The position numbers were made by a program, and so were the translations under genes. A stretch of 64,000 nucleotides of DNA, taken from contig NC_043000.1 in NCBI RefSeq assembly GCF_006345805.1, positions 135,904,001-135,968,000 on the forward strand, in the 5' to 3' direction. Each line of letters opens with the position of its first letter. The first letter of the stretch is position 1. Positions 1 through 12,463 of the stretch are shown here, in pieces. The notes beneath the pieces were generated by a model, which made no database searches, had not been told where the DNA came from, and saw nothing but the letters and a program-made list of their open reading frames with translations. The DNA is from Octopus sinensis. Taxonomy: Eukaryota.

Positions 1-71
1 GGGCAACAAACGTTAATGCAAGGCAAACATCTCAAGTCATATACATTAATATTATGGGAGAACAATTCAAA

Positions 72-127
72 GTCTTACAGCTGTTTCTGTGAAATCCTAG
101 ATACTGGGATATTCCGTCATCGGAGAC
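72..127 (-). ncRNA. Degenerate minimal type I hammerhead ribozyme in a PLE pLTR fragment
   Basis: Minus strand reads GTCT-CCGATGA-(stem II GAATATCC..GGATTTC)-GAAA-CAGCTG-TA-AGAC. Stem I is GTCT/AGAC, stem III is the palindrome CAGCTG, and the core has a U4C change. A (TA)n tract lies nearby. Confidence 0.6.
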
Positions 128-230
128 AAATAAGGAAAATGAGCAGGGTATAGATTGATGAAATGACGACGACGACATAGAGGACAGAAGTAAAGGAATA
201 GGAGATGAAGAAAGAGAACAAAAAAAATAT

Positions 231-272
231 ATGCATATATATATATATATATAATATATATATATATATATG

Positions 273-345
<73 letters not shown>

Positions 346-388
346 TTATATATACATATATGTATATATTTATACATACATATATATA
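231..388. repeat. (TA)n microsatellite
   Basis: Direct reading; source of the YIYIY ORFs. Confidence 0.95.
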
Positions 389-1355
389 AACTGTATATCA
401 CGCTTTATTGCAGACCAAACTTTTGTTGATATTTTGAATATTACACATTGTACAAATGTGAAACTCGGTCCAATGAAAGATACTAGGTTGGTAGGTACGT
501 AGTGAACATTTCAATCGTACTGGTAACCTATATACAAAGTTATGTTGAGTTATGTATTCTGAAGTGCTTTCATCTGTGTCACACTTTATTGAACGTATAC
601 TAAAATGCCGCTGAAACGACGTCTCATAGCTATAGAGAAAACGCGGATTGTTATTGGTCTCGCAGAATTAGCTCAAGAGCTTGGTCGGGATACAAGAACA
701 TTGTGGAAAATCCCATCATCAAACCAAGTCAAGATAAAGGTACGAGAAGTGTTTCCCAGCGTGATATCCGAAAAATAGGTAGACAAGTAAGAAAAGACCT
801 CGATAGTACAAGTACTGCCATATTTGAAAATGCTGGGGCTGCTCCTTTGCCCAGAAGAACCCGGTGTAGGATTCTTAAAGAGACGGCCAGAAGTGTTAAG
901 TGCATCGCTAGACCCATCCTAAGCGCTAACCACAAAGAGAAGCGTATTCATTGGGTACGGAAGTACATGAAGATCAATTTCCAAGATGTCCTCTTCACGG
1001 ATGAGGCCAGAGTTACTCTGTATAACCCCGACGGATGAGCCAAAGTTTGGGTACCTCTTGAAGCCTCTCACCCGCATCGCATTCCACGCCAACAAGAAGC
1101 CAGTGGTATCATGTTTTGGGTGGGAATCATAGGAAATTAACTTGTCGGGTCTTTCCGAGTGCCAGGAGGTGTCAAACGCACCAGCAACTCCTGCACTGCA
1201 TTTCTGGAGGAGCATTTTGCAGCATGGTTAGATGATCTGCCACTCTCACGTCGATGGTGGTTGATTTTTATCCATAACAATGCTCCTTCGCATTCAGCCA
1301 AAGCTACAATTTCATACTTCTCAACTTTGGGAATCACAGGCCAATCACTCATGAC

Positions 1356-1495
1356 AAAGCATGCGGAGTTCTGTTCTTGATTCGACGGTCAAAGCACGCG
1401 GAGTTCTGTTCTTGATTCGACGGTCAAAGCACGCGGAGTTCTGTTCTTGATTTGACGGTCAAAGCACGCGGAGTTCTCTTCTTGATTCGACGGTC
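1356..1495 (+). repeat. Four head-to-tail copies of a 35-bp unit at the LINE 5' junction
   Basis: AAAGCACGCGGAGTTCTGTTCTTGATTCGACGGTC at 1356, 1391, 1426 and 1461, with no spacers. Confidence 0.95.
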
Positions 1496-2075
1496 ATTCG
1501 GAATGCTCACAGCTGCCATATTCCTACCGCTCTATGTCACGCTGGTGAGACCCATATTGGAGTACGGGATTCAAGCCTCTTCTCCTTATCTCCTCAAAGA
1601 CATACAGTATCTCGAAAGAGTCCAGAAGCTGGTTACCCGCATGGTTCTTGGTCTCAAGCATTTGTCTTATGAAGAAAGGCTGAAGACGCTCGACCTTTAT
1701 TCTCTAGAAAAACGACGACGCCGTGGTGATCTCATTCTTGCTCACAACATCATAAGCGGAAGGTGTGACCTCACGAAAGAGCTGTTCTTCACTCCTGCTC
1801 CAGAGCGTCGGCTGCGGGGTCACTCTGAAAAGCCCTATCTGCGACGATTTCATCTCAATCGAAGGAGAGGGGCTTTCTCCGTCCGGGTTGCGGTTCCGTG
1901 GAATAAGCTGCCGGACGAGATAGTGAAGATGCCGACGACCGCTCGGTTCAAGGTCTCCCTTGACCACAAGTGGCCTGAACTCTTTACATGAACACCACCC
2001 TGTACATAACTCCATGTCCCCATACATGGCCTTGCTTTTTGCTTTTTGAGCCAAATAATTAACTAACTAACTAAC
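1356..2075 (+). mobile_element. 5'-truncated CR1-group LINE (ORF2 C-terminus, 3' UTR and (TAAC)n tail)
   Basis: ORF 1452-1991 reads LYVTLVRPILEYG..LERVQK..SYEERLKTLDLYSLEKRRRRGDL, typical of the CR1-group ORF2 C-terminus. It ends in TAACTAACTAAC and the frame is intact, suggesting a recent insertion. Confidence 0.9.
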
Positions 2076-2696
2076 TAGTCTCCCTTTTCCCCTGACCTAA
2101 ACCCTATCGAACAGCTCTGGTTGATCTTGAACAGGAAAGTGCATGAAGGAGGTATCTATTTTTCATTGAAGGATGCCCTGTGGGAAAAGTTCAAAACAGT
2201 TGCTGGTACCATAACATCATCTCAGATTAGTCGGCTAACAGCTTTTGTTAACAAAAGACTGTTTGATGTCACCTCTAAACAAGGAAGTTACTCAGACAAA
2301 TAAAGTACGGCACAAATAGTTTAATTGTGTTTGTTTCATATCTTTTGCTACTATTCTTCGGTAGCGTGTTTAATTATTACAATAAAATAGTAATATAGCG
2401 ATGATACTTTGTTTCATTACCTTAAATTGACGTTTTCGTACACCTGCAATAAAGCGTGACAGTTGAAAGCACTTCAAAATACCTAACTCAACATAACTTT
2501 GTATGTAGCTTATCAATACAATTGAAATGTTCACTGCATACGTACTTGCGAAGGATCTTTCAGTGGACCAAGTTTCACGTTTGTACAATGTTTAACATTG
2601 AAAATATCAACAAAAATTTGGTCTGCAATAAAGCGTGATATACAGTTTATGTATGTAATGTATGTATGCATATATATATATTTATATATATATATT

Positions 2697-2730
<34 letters not shown>

Positions 2731-2745
2731 CATACATATATACAT

Positions 2746-2792
<47 letters not shown>

Positions 2793-2794
<2 letters not shown>

Positions 2795-3288
2795 ATCAAT
2801 AATAATAAAGGGTAAAATTAATTAATTAATTAATTAATAATTAATAATTTCACCAAGTAGTATTCGGTATTTTAAAAAGACCATTATCGGAAAACAATTA
2901 TAATTGTGAGTATAATTATAATTAGTGTTAGGCAAAAAATTTGCTTCACCACACACTGAACTTTAGAAATAGCAGCCAAAGAACCTAGCTATTTGTTCTA
3001 CTGTAAGAAACAACTCCCTGACAATATATACTCAAAAATAATTCACGTAGACAGAGAGGAAAAACAACGAATTTCACTCGGCAGTTGATTAATTGTGGAC
3101 GCGTTTTGGAATTAGATAGATATGAAAAATGCAAGAATCACAATTGTTTTTGAGTATATATTGTCTGGGAGTTGTTTCTTACAGTAGAACAAATAGCTAG
3201 GTTCTTTGGCTACTATTTCTTAAGTTCGGTGTGTTGTGAAGCAAATTTTTTGCCTAACCCTAATTATAATTATACTTATAATTATAAT
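2793..3288. mobile_element. Foldback insertion in (TA)n, probably inverted PLE pLTR ends
   Basis: Inverted arms 2897-3043 and 3142-3288 with a 98-bp spacer. An unpaired tail of about 100 bp on the left starts ATAATCAATAATAATAAA. Confidence 0.65.
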
Positions 3289-3345
3289 ATATATATATAT
3301 TTATATACATATATATACTGTTCTTAACATGTTCTTATTATCAAA

Positions 3346-3402
<57 letters not shown>

Positions 3403-3572
3403 AATATTTTGTGACAACCAGTACCTAACACAACCAAGCTTTTAAATGTTACTTTTGACAATCTTTTTCCAAAAAAGTGAACCGGTCAAGTAAATAAACA
3501 TCTTTTAAAATTGCATTTTCAAACCTCCTTTCATATATAATTCCACTCGTGCGGTACCTTACAAATTCACTT

Positions 3573-3609
<37 letters not shown>

Positions 3610-5094
3610 AATGTATATACACTTACATATGTACGCACATATATACATACACACATATGAACGCACGTGTCTGGTGTAATATTTAATTTTCTCCTAGTTA
3701 AAAAATTCTTTCAGATTTAAAATATTTGAACCAATATAATTGACAAAGCCTGCATATAAATTTGTTTCAGTTTCATTTTGTTGTTATTTAACTCCCAGCC
3801 TAACTCTAACTAAACTGAACTGTGACTATAAACTTTCCTGTAATGACCAATCTCAATCTGTTTATAGCAGGGATTACAGCTTCAATACAATAGGGTAAAA
3901 TCGTAAAAAAATTTGTTTTTTTATTTCTAGAAGTTCTAACGGCCATATATGTTTTGTTATTATAACTAACTTAACTGCACAGAAGAGAACATAAATATCA
4001 ACGTATGTATACCGTATTATATTCTAGTCTTTTTAATGTAATACCATACTTGATGCACGCAGGTTCTACGGTTAACTTTCTAAATTACTGAGTATGTACT
4101 TATATAGGCATTGCATCGTATTCCTCAGTAAGAGAAAGAAATTCTACATGCTGAGTAAAACAAAATTAACTTCATCTATGCCATCCAACTGTAAATTGTA
4201 AAAACAATCTGCTGTAAAAAACAATTGTAAAGTCAATCTGTGCTGCCCAATTATAAAAACGAATAAACTATTTAATTAACTCAAGCACTATGTCCGGAAA
4301 AATGTTTTTATCGCCTGGTCCTAGTTACTTCTGATCACTGTAAGTTATAGACATCAGTAATTTCGTGAAGTTTAGCATTTATACATCGTCTGCATTGTGA
4401 GCTTTCATTCATGTAATTGGAAAATTAAACCATCATTCTCCGTTTTATATATGTTATGGAGTTTGAGTCCATGTGTGTAACTGTTCTATCATTGTATGGT
4501 AAAAGTCTACTAAAACACTGTGTGGTTAAGAAGCTCATCTTACATAGTCTTCAGTTTAGTTTCATTGTGCAACAATTTGGGCAAGTATCTATTATTATAG
4601 TCACGGGTTGACTAATGCCTTGTGAGTTGACGGAAGCCGTGTGGAAGCCTGATATACTTTGGAAGAGTACAAATTTATTATTCTTTAGCAAGAACAGTAT
4701 TAACAATGACCTCAAAGTTTCGGCCAGCCAAATCATCATCGGACTGTTCGATGATGGCTTAGCTTGACACCCTATTGTTTTTATTGATGGGGGTGATGGT
4801 GACGGTGCTGCTGGTGATAATGATGATGATGATGATATTGGTTCTACTACTGCTGCTGCTACTAATACAAAGAAGCCGTAATATTAGTAAATTTATATTT
4901 CTGTTAAATTCATAAAACCACAACAGATTAGTTCAGAAATATAGAAAGAAGGAAAAACCTGTTTTACTTCATTCGTTCCTTGTTTTATCTAGTCCTATCA
5001 TAAGACAGAAAAGGCAAATCTTTAGATGTGCTTGAAGTCACATGCTGAGTGTTCTGACAATAACATCTACTTAATGTGTAAGCTGTAGAGTTAC

Positions 5095-5190
5095 GGTTTT
5101 AGGATTAAGGGTTCAGGTTTAGGGTTTAGGGTTTAGGATTAGGATTAAGGGTTTAGGATTAGGATTAAGGCTTAGGCTAGGATTAAGTGT
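5095..5190 (+). repeat. Degenerate interstitial telomere-like (TTAGGG/TTAGGA) tract
   Basis: GGTTTAGGGTTTAGGGTTTAGGATTAGGATTAAGGG... Confidence 0.7.
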
Positions 5191-5494
5191 TACAATTACG
5201 GTTATAGCGCAGATGCGAAAATTCTGACCTCTTGCAAATAGAGTTTGGATGCATTCCAAGATTTCAATATCGTCAACTTGCTTTCTTTCTTTGATTTCAG
5301 AACTTCTATGACATTTTTCATTCGATACGGAGGCTTCCGCTTGGCTAAAATCTTGAAATGTAATGGTTTCTAACTTTTTTATTATCGATTTCTGCGGAAA
5401 ATTATTGTAATTTTCATCTTTAGCATGCAAAACTAGATCAATATAGAAAATATGAACAAAATCGAACTTGCGAACAACACCATGAAGATCCATA

Positions 5495-5627
5495 TGTACG
5501 TACGTACGTATGTATGTATGTATGTATGTATGTATGTATGTATGTATGTATGTATGTATGTATGTATGTATGTATGTATGTATGTATGTATGCATGTATG
5601 TATATACATATATGTATGTATGTATGT
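5495..5627. repeat. (TATG)n microsatellite
   Basis: Direct reading. Confidence 0.95.
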
Positions 5628-6208
5628 AGATCGGCCATTATTCACTTTATTTCAAGATTTCTTGCCAATAGAGAAAGAGCTAATTTCTAACCTAGATCCA
5701 AGGCTCCTTCATTGGAATTTCAACAACATCAACAGGTATTTTTGTGTGTATGTTTGGATACGTGGAAATTTGTATGTTTTGTTTCATAGATTTATTCTCA
5801 TGCTTATATGTGCATATCTAGACGTGCTCTTATATAATTAAATGATAAACTTCTGGGAAGTTTTACAGATTTTTACATTTCCAGTAATGGATTGGATCTG
5901 TAGTCTTCAAAGAAGCTTTCTCGTTTCTGGTTTTTAGAAGCCTAATTTCTCAAGATTTGCATTTAGGCAGTGTGTTACATATCCCAGGGCTCCAATAATT
6001 ACAGGCATAAACCTGAACTTGTAATCTGGATAGAGTAACCGCAGATTTCTTAATAGTTCATCATAAGTGTTCACTTTTTCACTGCTTCAGCTTTATGTTA
6101 ACATCCGCTGGACAGCTAATTTCCACAACTGTGCACATTTTCTCTTCTCTATCCCAAATCAGGTCTGTTGTGCTTACATTTTATTGAGGTCTTCATAGGT
6201 ACATTCCA
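5628..6208 (-). mobile_element. 3' end of an RLE-type (R4/Dong-like) non-LTR retrotransposon
   Basis: Minus-strand translation gives WNVPMKTSIKCKHNRPD..WDREEKMCTVVEISCPADVN..K..TYDEL..FMPVIIGALG, a PD..E..K restriction-like endonuclease. The 3' UTR abuts (CATA)n. Confidence 0.8.
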
Positions 6209-6249
6209 GTGTATATATGCATTTATGTAGGCTTGCATGTAGGAAGTGA

Positions 6250-6550
6250 AGACATGTGACTTAATGGATAGGGTATTCAGCTCGAGATCTTAAGATCTTG
6301 AGTTCGATTCCCGACGGCGCGTTGTCTCCTTGAGCAAAACATTTTACCTCACGTTGCTCCAAAAGTGAGTAGTGCCCTATTTCAAAGGCCAGCCTCGTCA
6401 CATTCTGTATCATGCTGAATCTCCCTGGAGCAGCGTTGAAAGTATGCATATCTGTGAAACGCTCAGCTACTTGCACGTTAATTTTACGACCAGGGTGTTT
6501 AGTTGATCAGATGAACTGGAAGCCTCGTCATCTTAACCGACGGAGTGTTA
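6250..6550 (+). mobile_element. tRNA-derived SINE, diverged (family A)
   Basis: B-box GAGTTCGATTCCC and a central CTTGAGCAAAACATTTTACCTCACGTTGCTCC. The 3' part matches the reverse complement of 49040-49210. Confidence 0.75.
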
Positions 6551-6717
6551 GTTTTGCTTATGGTGTATTATGCATGTATGCATATATAAATTAGTTATCA
6601 GAAATCCTTAAGAATCAAGAGTGTGTATGCACACAAACACACACATGCACAAACACATTCATACTATGATCGTACGTAGAAACTGTGGTACACGTGCGTG
6701 TGGTATTGTTAGTATTT

Positions 6718-6953
6718 GAAGGCGGCAAGCTGGCAGAATCGTTAGCACTCCGGGCGAAATGCTTAGCGGTATTTCGTCTGCCGCTACGTTCTGAGTTCAA
6801 ATTCCGCCCAGGTCGACTTTGCCTTTCATCCTTTCTGGGTCGATTAAATAAGAACCAGTTACGCACTGGGGTCGATATAATCGACTTAATCCGTTTGTCT
6901 GTCCTTGTTTGTCCTCTTTGTGTTTAACCTCTTGTGGGTAGTAAAGAAATAGT
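6718..6953 (+). mobile_element. SINE family B (Nin/Deu-like central domain)
   Basis: GGCGGC(G/A)AGCTGGCAGAATCGTTAGCA head and GTCGACTTTGCCTTTCATCCTTTC core, with a 14-bp TSD TATTGTTAGTATTT (6704-6717, 6954-6967). Near-identical copies lie at 31.2, 39.8 and 51.2 kb. Confidence 0.9.
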
Positions 6954-7144
6954 TATTGTTAGTATTTATTTTGATTGTTTTCACCCATCGATCCGATATA
7001 CTCCTTTCTTCAAAAACTACTATACATTTCAATCTATCTCTTGTCTGAACACTTTTGTCTGTAAAATTACGGTCCGTTGGGTAGCTTCCACTGCGGAGAC
7101 ACACAACAAGGTTGGAACACCGTGATATCTTGAATTTCTCTTTA

Positions 7145-7280
7145 TACAGGTGAATCGTTAAATATGTGTGTTATCAACAGACATCGCCTAAAGGGAGGTA
7201 GCGTTCTCCAGCGGCAAGAAACAACATCGATCAGATATTCACGTTTTCATCTGCCAGAACATATTAAGAATGACTTGATG
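7145..7280 (+). repeat. Old unclassified dispersed repeat (second copy at about 39265-39400)
   Basis: Shared TGTGTTAT.AACAGACATCGCCTA.AGGG..CGATCAGATATT..ATTAAGAATG. Confidence 0.6.
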
Positions 7281-10200
7281 CCAATCCTCCCTTACATTTT
7301 ACTTTCTAAACTATCATACAAGTCGCATATAACTTATTCTATTTTCCATTCGTTTTTATTTTTCTTTTTCCTCTCCACATTAATCCGTTCCCTATCACTC
7401 CTTTACTTAATGCATTTACTGATTTGCAATTCCGTAACCTACTTGACATGACCTCAACATTTTCTCTCCTTTCAAAGACGGGCAAGGTTTTGAAATATTT
7501 GATTCTTTCACTCCTCACGACATATCGACTCTCTGAATTCATTTATTTAACACTTTTGTGTAACATTTATAACGTTGCTCTACCGTTCAAACCAGCGGAA
7601 TTGTCATTCTAAATGGAATATGTATTTTAATTTCGAATAAGGGATGGTATAGCTAAAATCTTTTTGCATTATTTCAGGTGAAACTCTTTAACACTGAAAG
7701 GAAGATGAACCGAACTTTGTATTGCTGTTGTTAATGTTGTCTAGTTAAGTACATCTGTGCTAGAAACTAATCACGTGTTGTCGTGGACCTATAGTTTTAA
7801 AATTCATTATAACATATTGTAGTTGAGCAATCTGTAACTCAGACTCAAAGCTTGAGCCACTAAGAATTCATATCTTGTGTGAGTGTGAGTGTGTGTGCGC
7901 GTGCGCGTGGTGGATTTACAATAAGCCACCCATAGTATTTGAATTCATTTATGTAAACCAATGAAACATCAGTTTCGTAGTTTTCTAGTCGCTTATTACA
8001 ATTTAGTGAGTCGATACCTTTGTCATAGATATAACACTGATATTTTGACCACCTTTGCTAGGAATTGAACCTAAGCATTCAAATGAACATTACAAACTAG
8101 GGCTTACTCACTATGAAAATGAGTGTCGTAATACGTTAAGGTATATTTTTAAAATGTTTATTGTATTTCTTTGTGTGCACGAGAAATATTTAGTGGAAAT
8201 TATAGAAGGCTCGACCAAATTAAGAAATCTTGAAGTATCTAGGTTTGTTCAGTTAGGGTTAATAAAACACCGATATTTGTATATTTGGAAGTGCATAAGA
8301 GAATTTTTGTAGTGGAGTTTATAGCTTATTGAATTTACTTCAGAATAATGGATGCGATTTATCACGTGAGTGTGTGAAAGAAGACATTAGAAATCCATCA
8401 GTCGTATCAAGTTTATAATTATAAATGGGATTAGATATAGGTTAGCTGAAATTAGTAAATGTATGACAGCACTCCTAAATACAATTATACTCTAGTTGAA
8501 AGTAACTACAAGAATTCAGCAATCGTAAACGATGCCTGAAGCTTGCTGCTAAGGCAATGCAAATTGTTGAATGCATTTTTTTTTCAGATAATATTTGAAG
8601 ATACTACATATGCTATAGAAAGTAACAACTTTTCAATCAATATTTAATCAATATCTTATTTATCTATCTAGTAAGTGCTGTGGAGCAGGAGATAAGCTTT
8701 TGGCAATCTAAATTTGTTATGTGCTTTTGGTTCTTAGTTAAAAGCCATTTCACTTTCTTTAGATGTTAATTTTCTGGAGAAAGGCATAAATGTCATTCCA
8801 ACCGTTTTCCTGCTCTAAAGTAATCCGCTCTGTGTAAAGGAACCAATACGTTGTAGAACAATAAGTTAGCAAGAATTATAGAAGGCTCGGCCAAATAAAT
8901 AGATTTTAGAGTATATAGTTTTAACCATCTAAATTTGATAAAACTCAGATATTCGTATATTTCAAACAAGTACTAGACCCATTTTTATAGTGGAGGTTAT
9001 AATTTATTGGTTTTACCTCAGTGTAATAATGTATTTGTTCTGCCATTGATATATTTCTACATTTGTTTGGTTTTTCAGTGTTTTTTATCATGAATGTTTA
9101 AGAAAGAATATATTTGTTTAACATTTTCTAACTTCAGTGCCTCCTCCCAAGAAAATAGCAAGGGGGTCTAGAAGAAGAGAACAATAGTGGAGGTAATGTT
9201 GATGCTTTCTCAAGAACATTTGCGAAGTCATTAAAGGGAATTGCCTTTTTAAAACAACAAGCTTTAGTTACCTCAAAGCCAGCTTCTTACACCTGTAGCT
9301 CATACAAATCTCTACAAAGACGTTAATAATTAAAAATTAATGAAAAAAATATTTAATGGTAATTTAGGATGAAAATGATGTGAATTAATATCTGTTAGGT
9401 TCGTACTTTTTGCGTTTATTATGAAATCATTAAATGAAAATATTTAAATATAATAAATACATTTCTAATGCAGAAGGTTTAAACCATTAAGAATAATTAT
9501 AATTTCATTAGCACTTCAAATTTTAATTTGCGGCAGGTTAAAAAAATAATTAAATCCTGGTTGATTAACTTTCTAATGTTCCTTTAAATAATGAACTAAC
9601 CTCATTTTTGTTTGATTAATTTTCGTAATATTAATACTTGACAATTAAATTAAATTTATTGTTGGTTAACCTAGGATTGAATGGCGAATACATGTTTACC
9701 TTTTAAAACAAAGTGAAACATGCTAATAAAAAAGAGCACTTGTATGAGAGTTGAAATCCTTTCTCTTCGTTGCCCATAGTCAAACGCGTCCTTGATAGAA
9801 ATTAATTTCTCACGCTAACGGCTTTGTATTGAATTTTGAAATTGCTTTGAATTCTAACACACGCGCAGTTCCAGATTTTCCTGAGTGTTTTGATTTGACT
9901 TCAATTAGATTTGATCGAAAACCTGATACTAAAATTAGTTCGTGACGGGCACCAATTCTGTCTAAATCATTTTCGGAAAAAAATCAATTTTTAATTTACA
10001 TTGTGATTTTTAAAACTGACAGTAAAAATGTCGATATTCATAATCACGTCACTCTATTCTAACTACCGATATACAAAAAAATAACAGGGTAAATTTGAGT
10101 AGAATAGGCTTCGAGGAGAAGTTCAAATAAGACAGAAACGTGAGCTTCTTTCACCAGTTATATAATAAGATTCCAATTAATCCTTTGGTAGTTAAGTGAA

Positions 10201-10380
10201 GATGAATTACATTATTGCTAATGTACTGATAGTTTATACTAGTAAACAATTTACGAAACACTCATTTTATGCCGTGCGATAAGGCTTAACTGCTAGAAGT
10301 AACGTAGCCGCTTGCTATGCAACAAGTACATGATTTAAATCCCTTGTGAGTTCCACTCTAGATTGGTAGCCATATATATA

Positions 10381-10437
<57 letters not shown>

Positions 10438-10438
10438 T

Positions 10439-10613
10439 AATTAAAAGAAAAGGATGTCAAGTAGTAATGCAGTACGGCCGTTTCAAGCGGCTCCTTTTAG
10501 TTGAAAAATATAATCATTAAACCAGCTGCAAGAAATATGGATTTTAATCGCCTGTTCTTATATACATTTCTTCTTATTTTCTATAAATTCTTATTCTTTT
10601 GATATCTTATTTT

Positions 10614-10615
<2 letters not shown>
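10439..10615 (-). mobile_element. PLE pLTR-like fragment in (TA)n with a half hammerhead
   Basis: Minus strand has GAAAC-GGCC-GTA (palindromic stem III) at about 10470-10486. The 5' core is not recognisable. Confidence 0.45.
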
Positions 10616-10658
<43 letters not shown>

Positions 10659-10669
10659 CTGGACAATTA

Positions 10670-10741
10670 GCCGTGATTGTCTAGTTGTTGGGACCCCACG
10701 TTGTGGCCGTGGTAACCTATGTTCGAATCCTGGTCACGGCA
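10670..10741 (+). tRNA. tRNA-His(GUG), probably a pseudogene
   Basis: 72 nt, GCCGTGA...TCACGGCA acceptor stem, anticodon arm CCACG-TTGTGGC-CGTGG and GTTCGAATC T-loop. The D-loop GG is changed (AGTTGTTGGG) and the T-stem has mismatches (CTATG vs CCTGG). Confidence 0.85.
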
Positions 10742-10760
10742 GTCCAAATCTAATTTCTTG

Positions 10761-11062
10761 TGGAGGCGCAATGGCCCAGTGGTTAGGGCAGCGGACTCGC
10801 GGTCAGAGGATCGCGGTTTCGATTCCCAGACCGGCCGTTGTATGTGTTTATTGAGCGAAAACACCTAAAGCTCCACGAGTCTCCGGCAGGAAATGGTGGC
10901 GACCCCTGTTGTGCTCTTTAGCCCCAACTTTCTCTAACTCTTTCTTCCTGTTTCTTGAGTAATGCTGCGATGGACTGGCGTTCCGCCCAGCTGGGGGGAA
11001 AACAAACGCTATAGAAACCGGGAAACTGGGCCCATGAGCCTGCCTAGGCTTGAAAAAAGCGC
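10761..11062 (+). mobile_element. tRNA(Arg-like)-derived SINE (family A)
   Basis: Head GGCGCAATGGCCCAGTGGTTAGGGCAGCGGACTCGCGG..GGTTTCGATTCCC has A and B boxes and is nearly identical to the reverse complement of 49290-49411. Confidence 0.85.
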
Positions 11063-12416
11063 ATATATATATATTGTAGTTTACTTTGTACCTTCTCGCA
11101 TTGTTACAGCTTTACACTACATTCTTTTATACACACACACACACATATATATCGCTGACGTCATGTCTACAGGTGATGAGGGTTCGAGTACCCAATGCAG
11201 CCTTCGACAATGTTTTCTATTCAAAAGTTTTTCCACCCATTATTTACATGCTATTGTTTACAGCTTTATATGTTTTTCGAAATCATTTATTCCTCCAAAA
11301 TAATTATGCATATATATATACGTATTATACACACACATTCATACACTCTACATACGTTATATACGTATGCTTGTACATACACAATACATACACAAACACA
11401 TATTTATACCAAGTTGAACTCAATGTGAGAGTTTTTATACGCTACTTCGCTACATCATCTTACGTACATTTCAATAACAAATAATGACGACTAGTTACTT
11501 AATGTAAATTCCTTAATCAAGATGTCAAATCTTCAGAGACGAGTAACGTATTTTATGTAACATTATTGGATTGTTGAACTGTGGACAGAAGTAACCATTG
11601 TAGATATAGCGACGAACTGTAGTGGCTAATTATATCCATTTATATGTATGTTAATACGTACATATATGAGGATATGTAAGTGTGTGTGTTAATGAGTGTT
11701 TGTGCATAAGTATGTATATAGCTCTTCTTTTACTGAAATTGCTTCAGTCTAAATCGTTTAGTTTCGTGTTGGTTTTAATACAAAACACTAGTGTGGAGTG
11801 GAGCTAACTACTTTTTAGCTAATGTTTCACACTCCGAGCTTTTTGATTCCTGTATGTTTGAAGGATCCCCGCAGATATCCTGGAGTGAAAATGGTTGTAG
11901 TGCAAACTATTAAATACACATTCCTACACACACTCACGTGTGTGTGTGAGAGACAGAGAGTGTGTATGAGTGTGTGTTTGTGTGTGTGAGTGTGTGTGTG
12001 ATATGTGTATGTGTGAGTATGTATTATATGTGTGCGTGCGTATGTGCATGTGTTTATGTGTGTGTCTATTCATATGTGCGTGCGGTTCGGTATGTATGCA
12101 TCTATTTATAAATAACTCGATAAGTCTGCAGAGAACATTTACTTTTCATAGTAATTCCTATAGAAATAAGGAAGCCCTGTAGATTACATCATATTTTGAA
12201 GATGATGTCATTGAATCCAAATTCAACAAACAAATGTCTACACAATTTCCGTTGAACAAAAGAAGCAGCGAAACCCTTAATCTACTAAGATTTGATCGAA
12301 AACGCTGATTCTATTACGTACATGCCTGAGGGCGCTTACAGGAAAATGTCATCAAATTTAAAGAAATATTAATTTCATACGTGGATTGGCGCTATTGCTA
12401 TACAACGATTGTCCAT

Positions 12417-12463
<47 letters not shown>

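Larger units (their letters stand above)
604..2303 (+). pseudogene. Tc1 DD34E-type transposase pseudogene split by a LINE insertion
   Basis: ORF pieces 703-1038, 1159-1355 and about 2075-2303 are collinear transposase segments. Confidence 0.85.
389..2647 (+). mobile_element. Tc1-family DNA transposon (IR-DR type), decayed, interrupted by a LINE
   Basis: About 210-bp TIRs (AACTGTATATCACGCTTTATTGCAGACC.. and its reverse complement ending at 2647) with TA flanks. An internal direct repeat TCACGCTTTATTG occurs twice per TIR. Transposase motifs VLFTDEA, HNNAPSH and SPDLNPIE carry stops and frameshifts. Confidence 0.9.

Noticed and set aside
1356-1495. CRISPR array (35-bp repeats)
   Set aside because: No spacers and no cas genes; the unit is LINE coding sequence in a eukaryotic context.
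1452-1991. 179-aa ORF as an independent host gene
   Set aside because: It is the C-terminus of a truncated LINE ORF2 and begins at TTG within the tandem repeat.
5095-5190. True telomere or chromosome fusion site
   Set aside because: Short, degenerate and internal; similar tracts occur inside a MITE at 33.4 kb.
10761-10835. tRNA-Arg gene (also at 49.35 and 52.1 kb)
   Set aside because: No complete acceptor stem, and the sequence continues into a multicopy SINE body.
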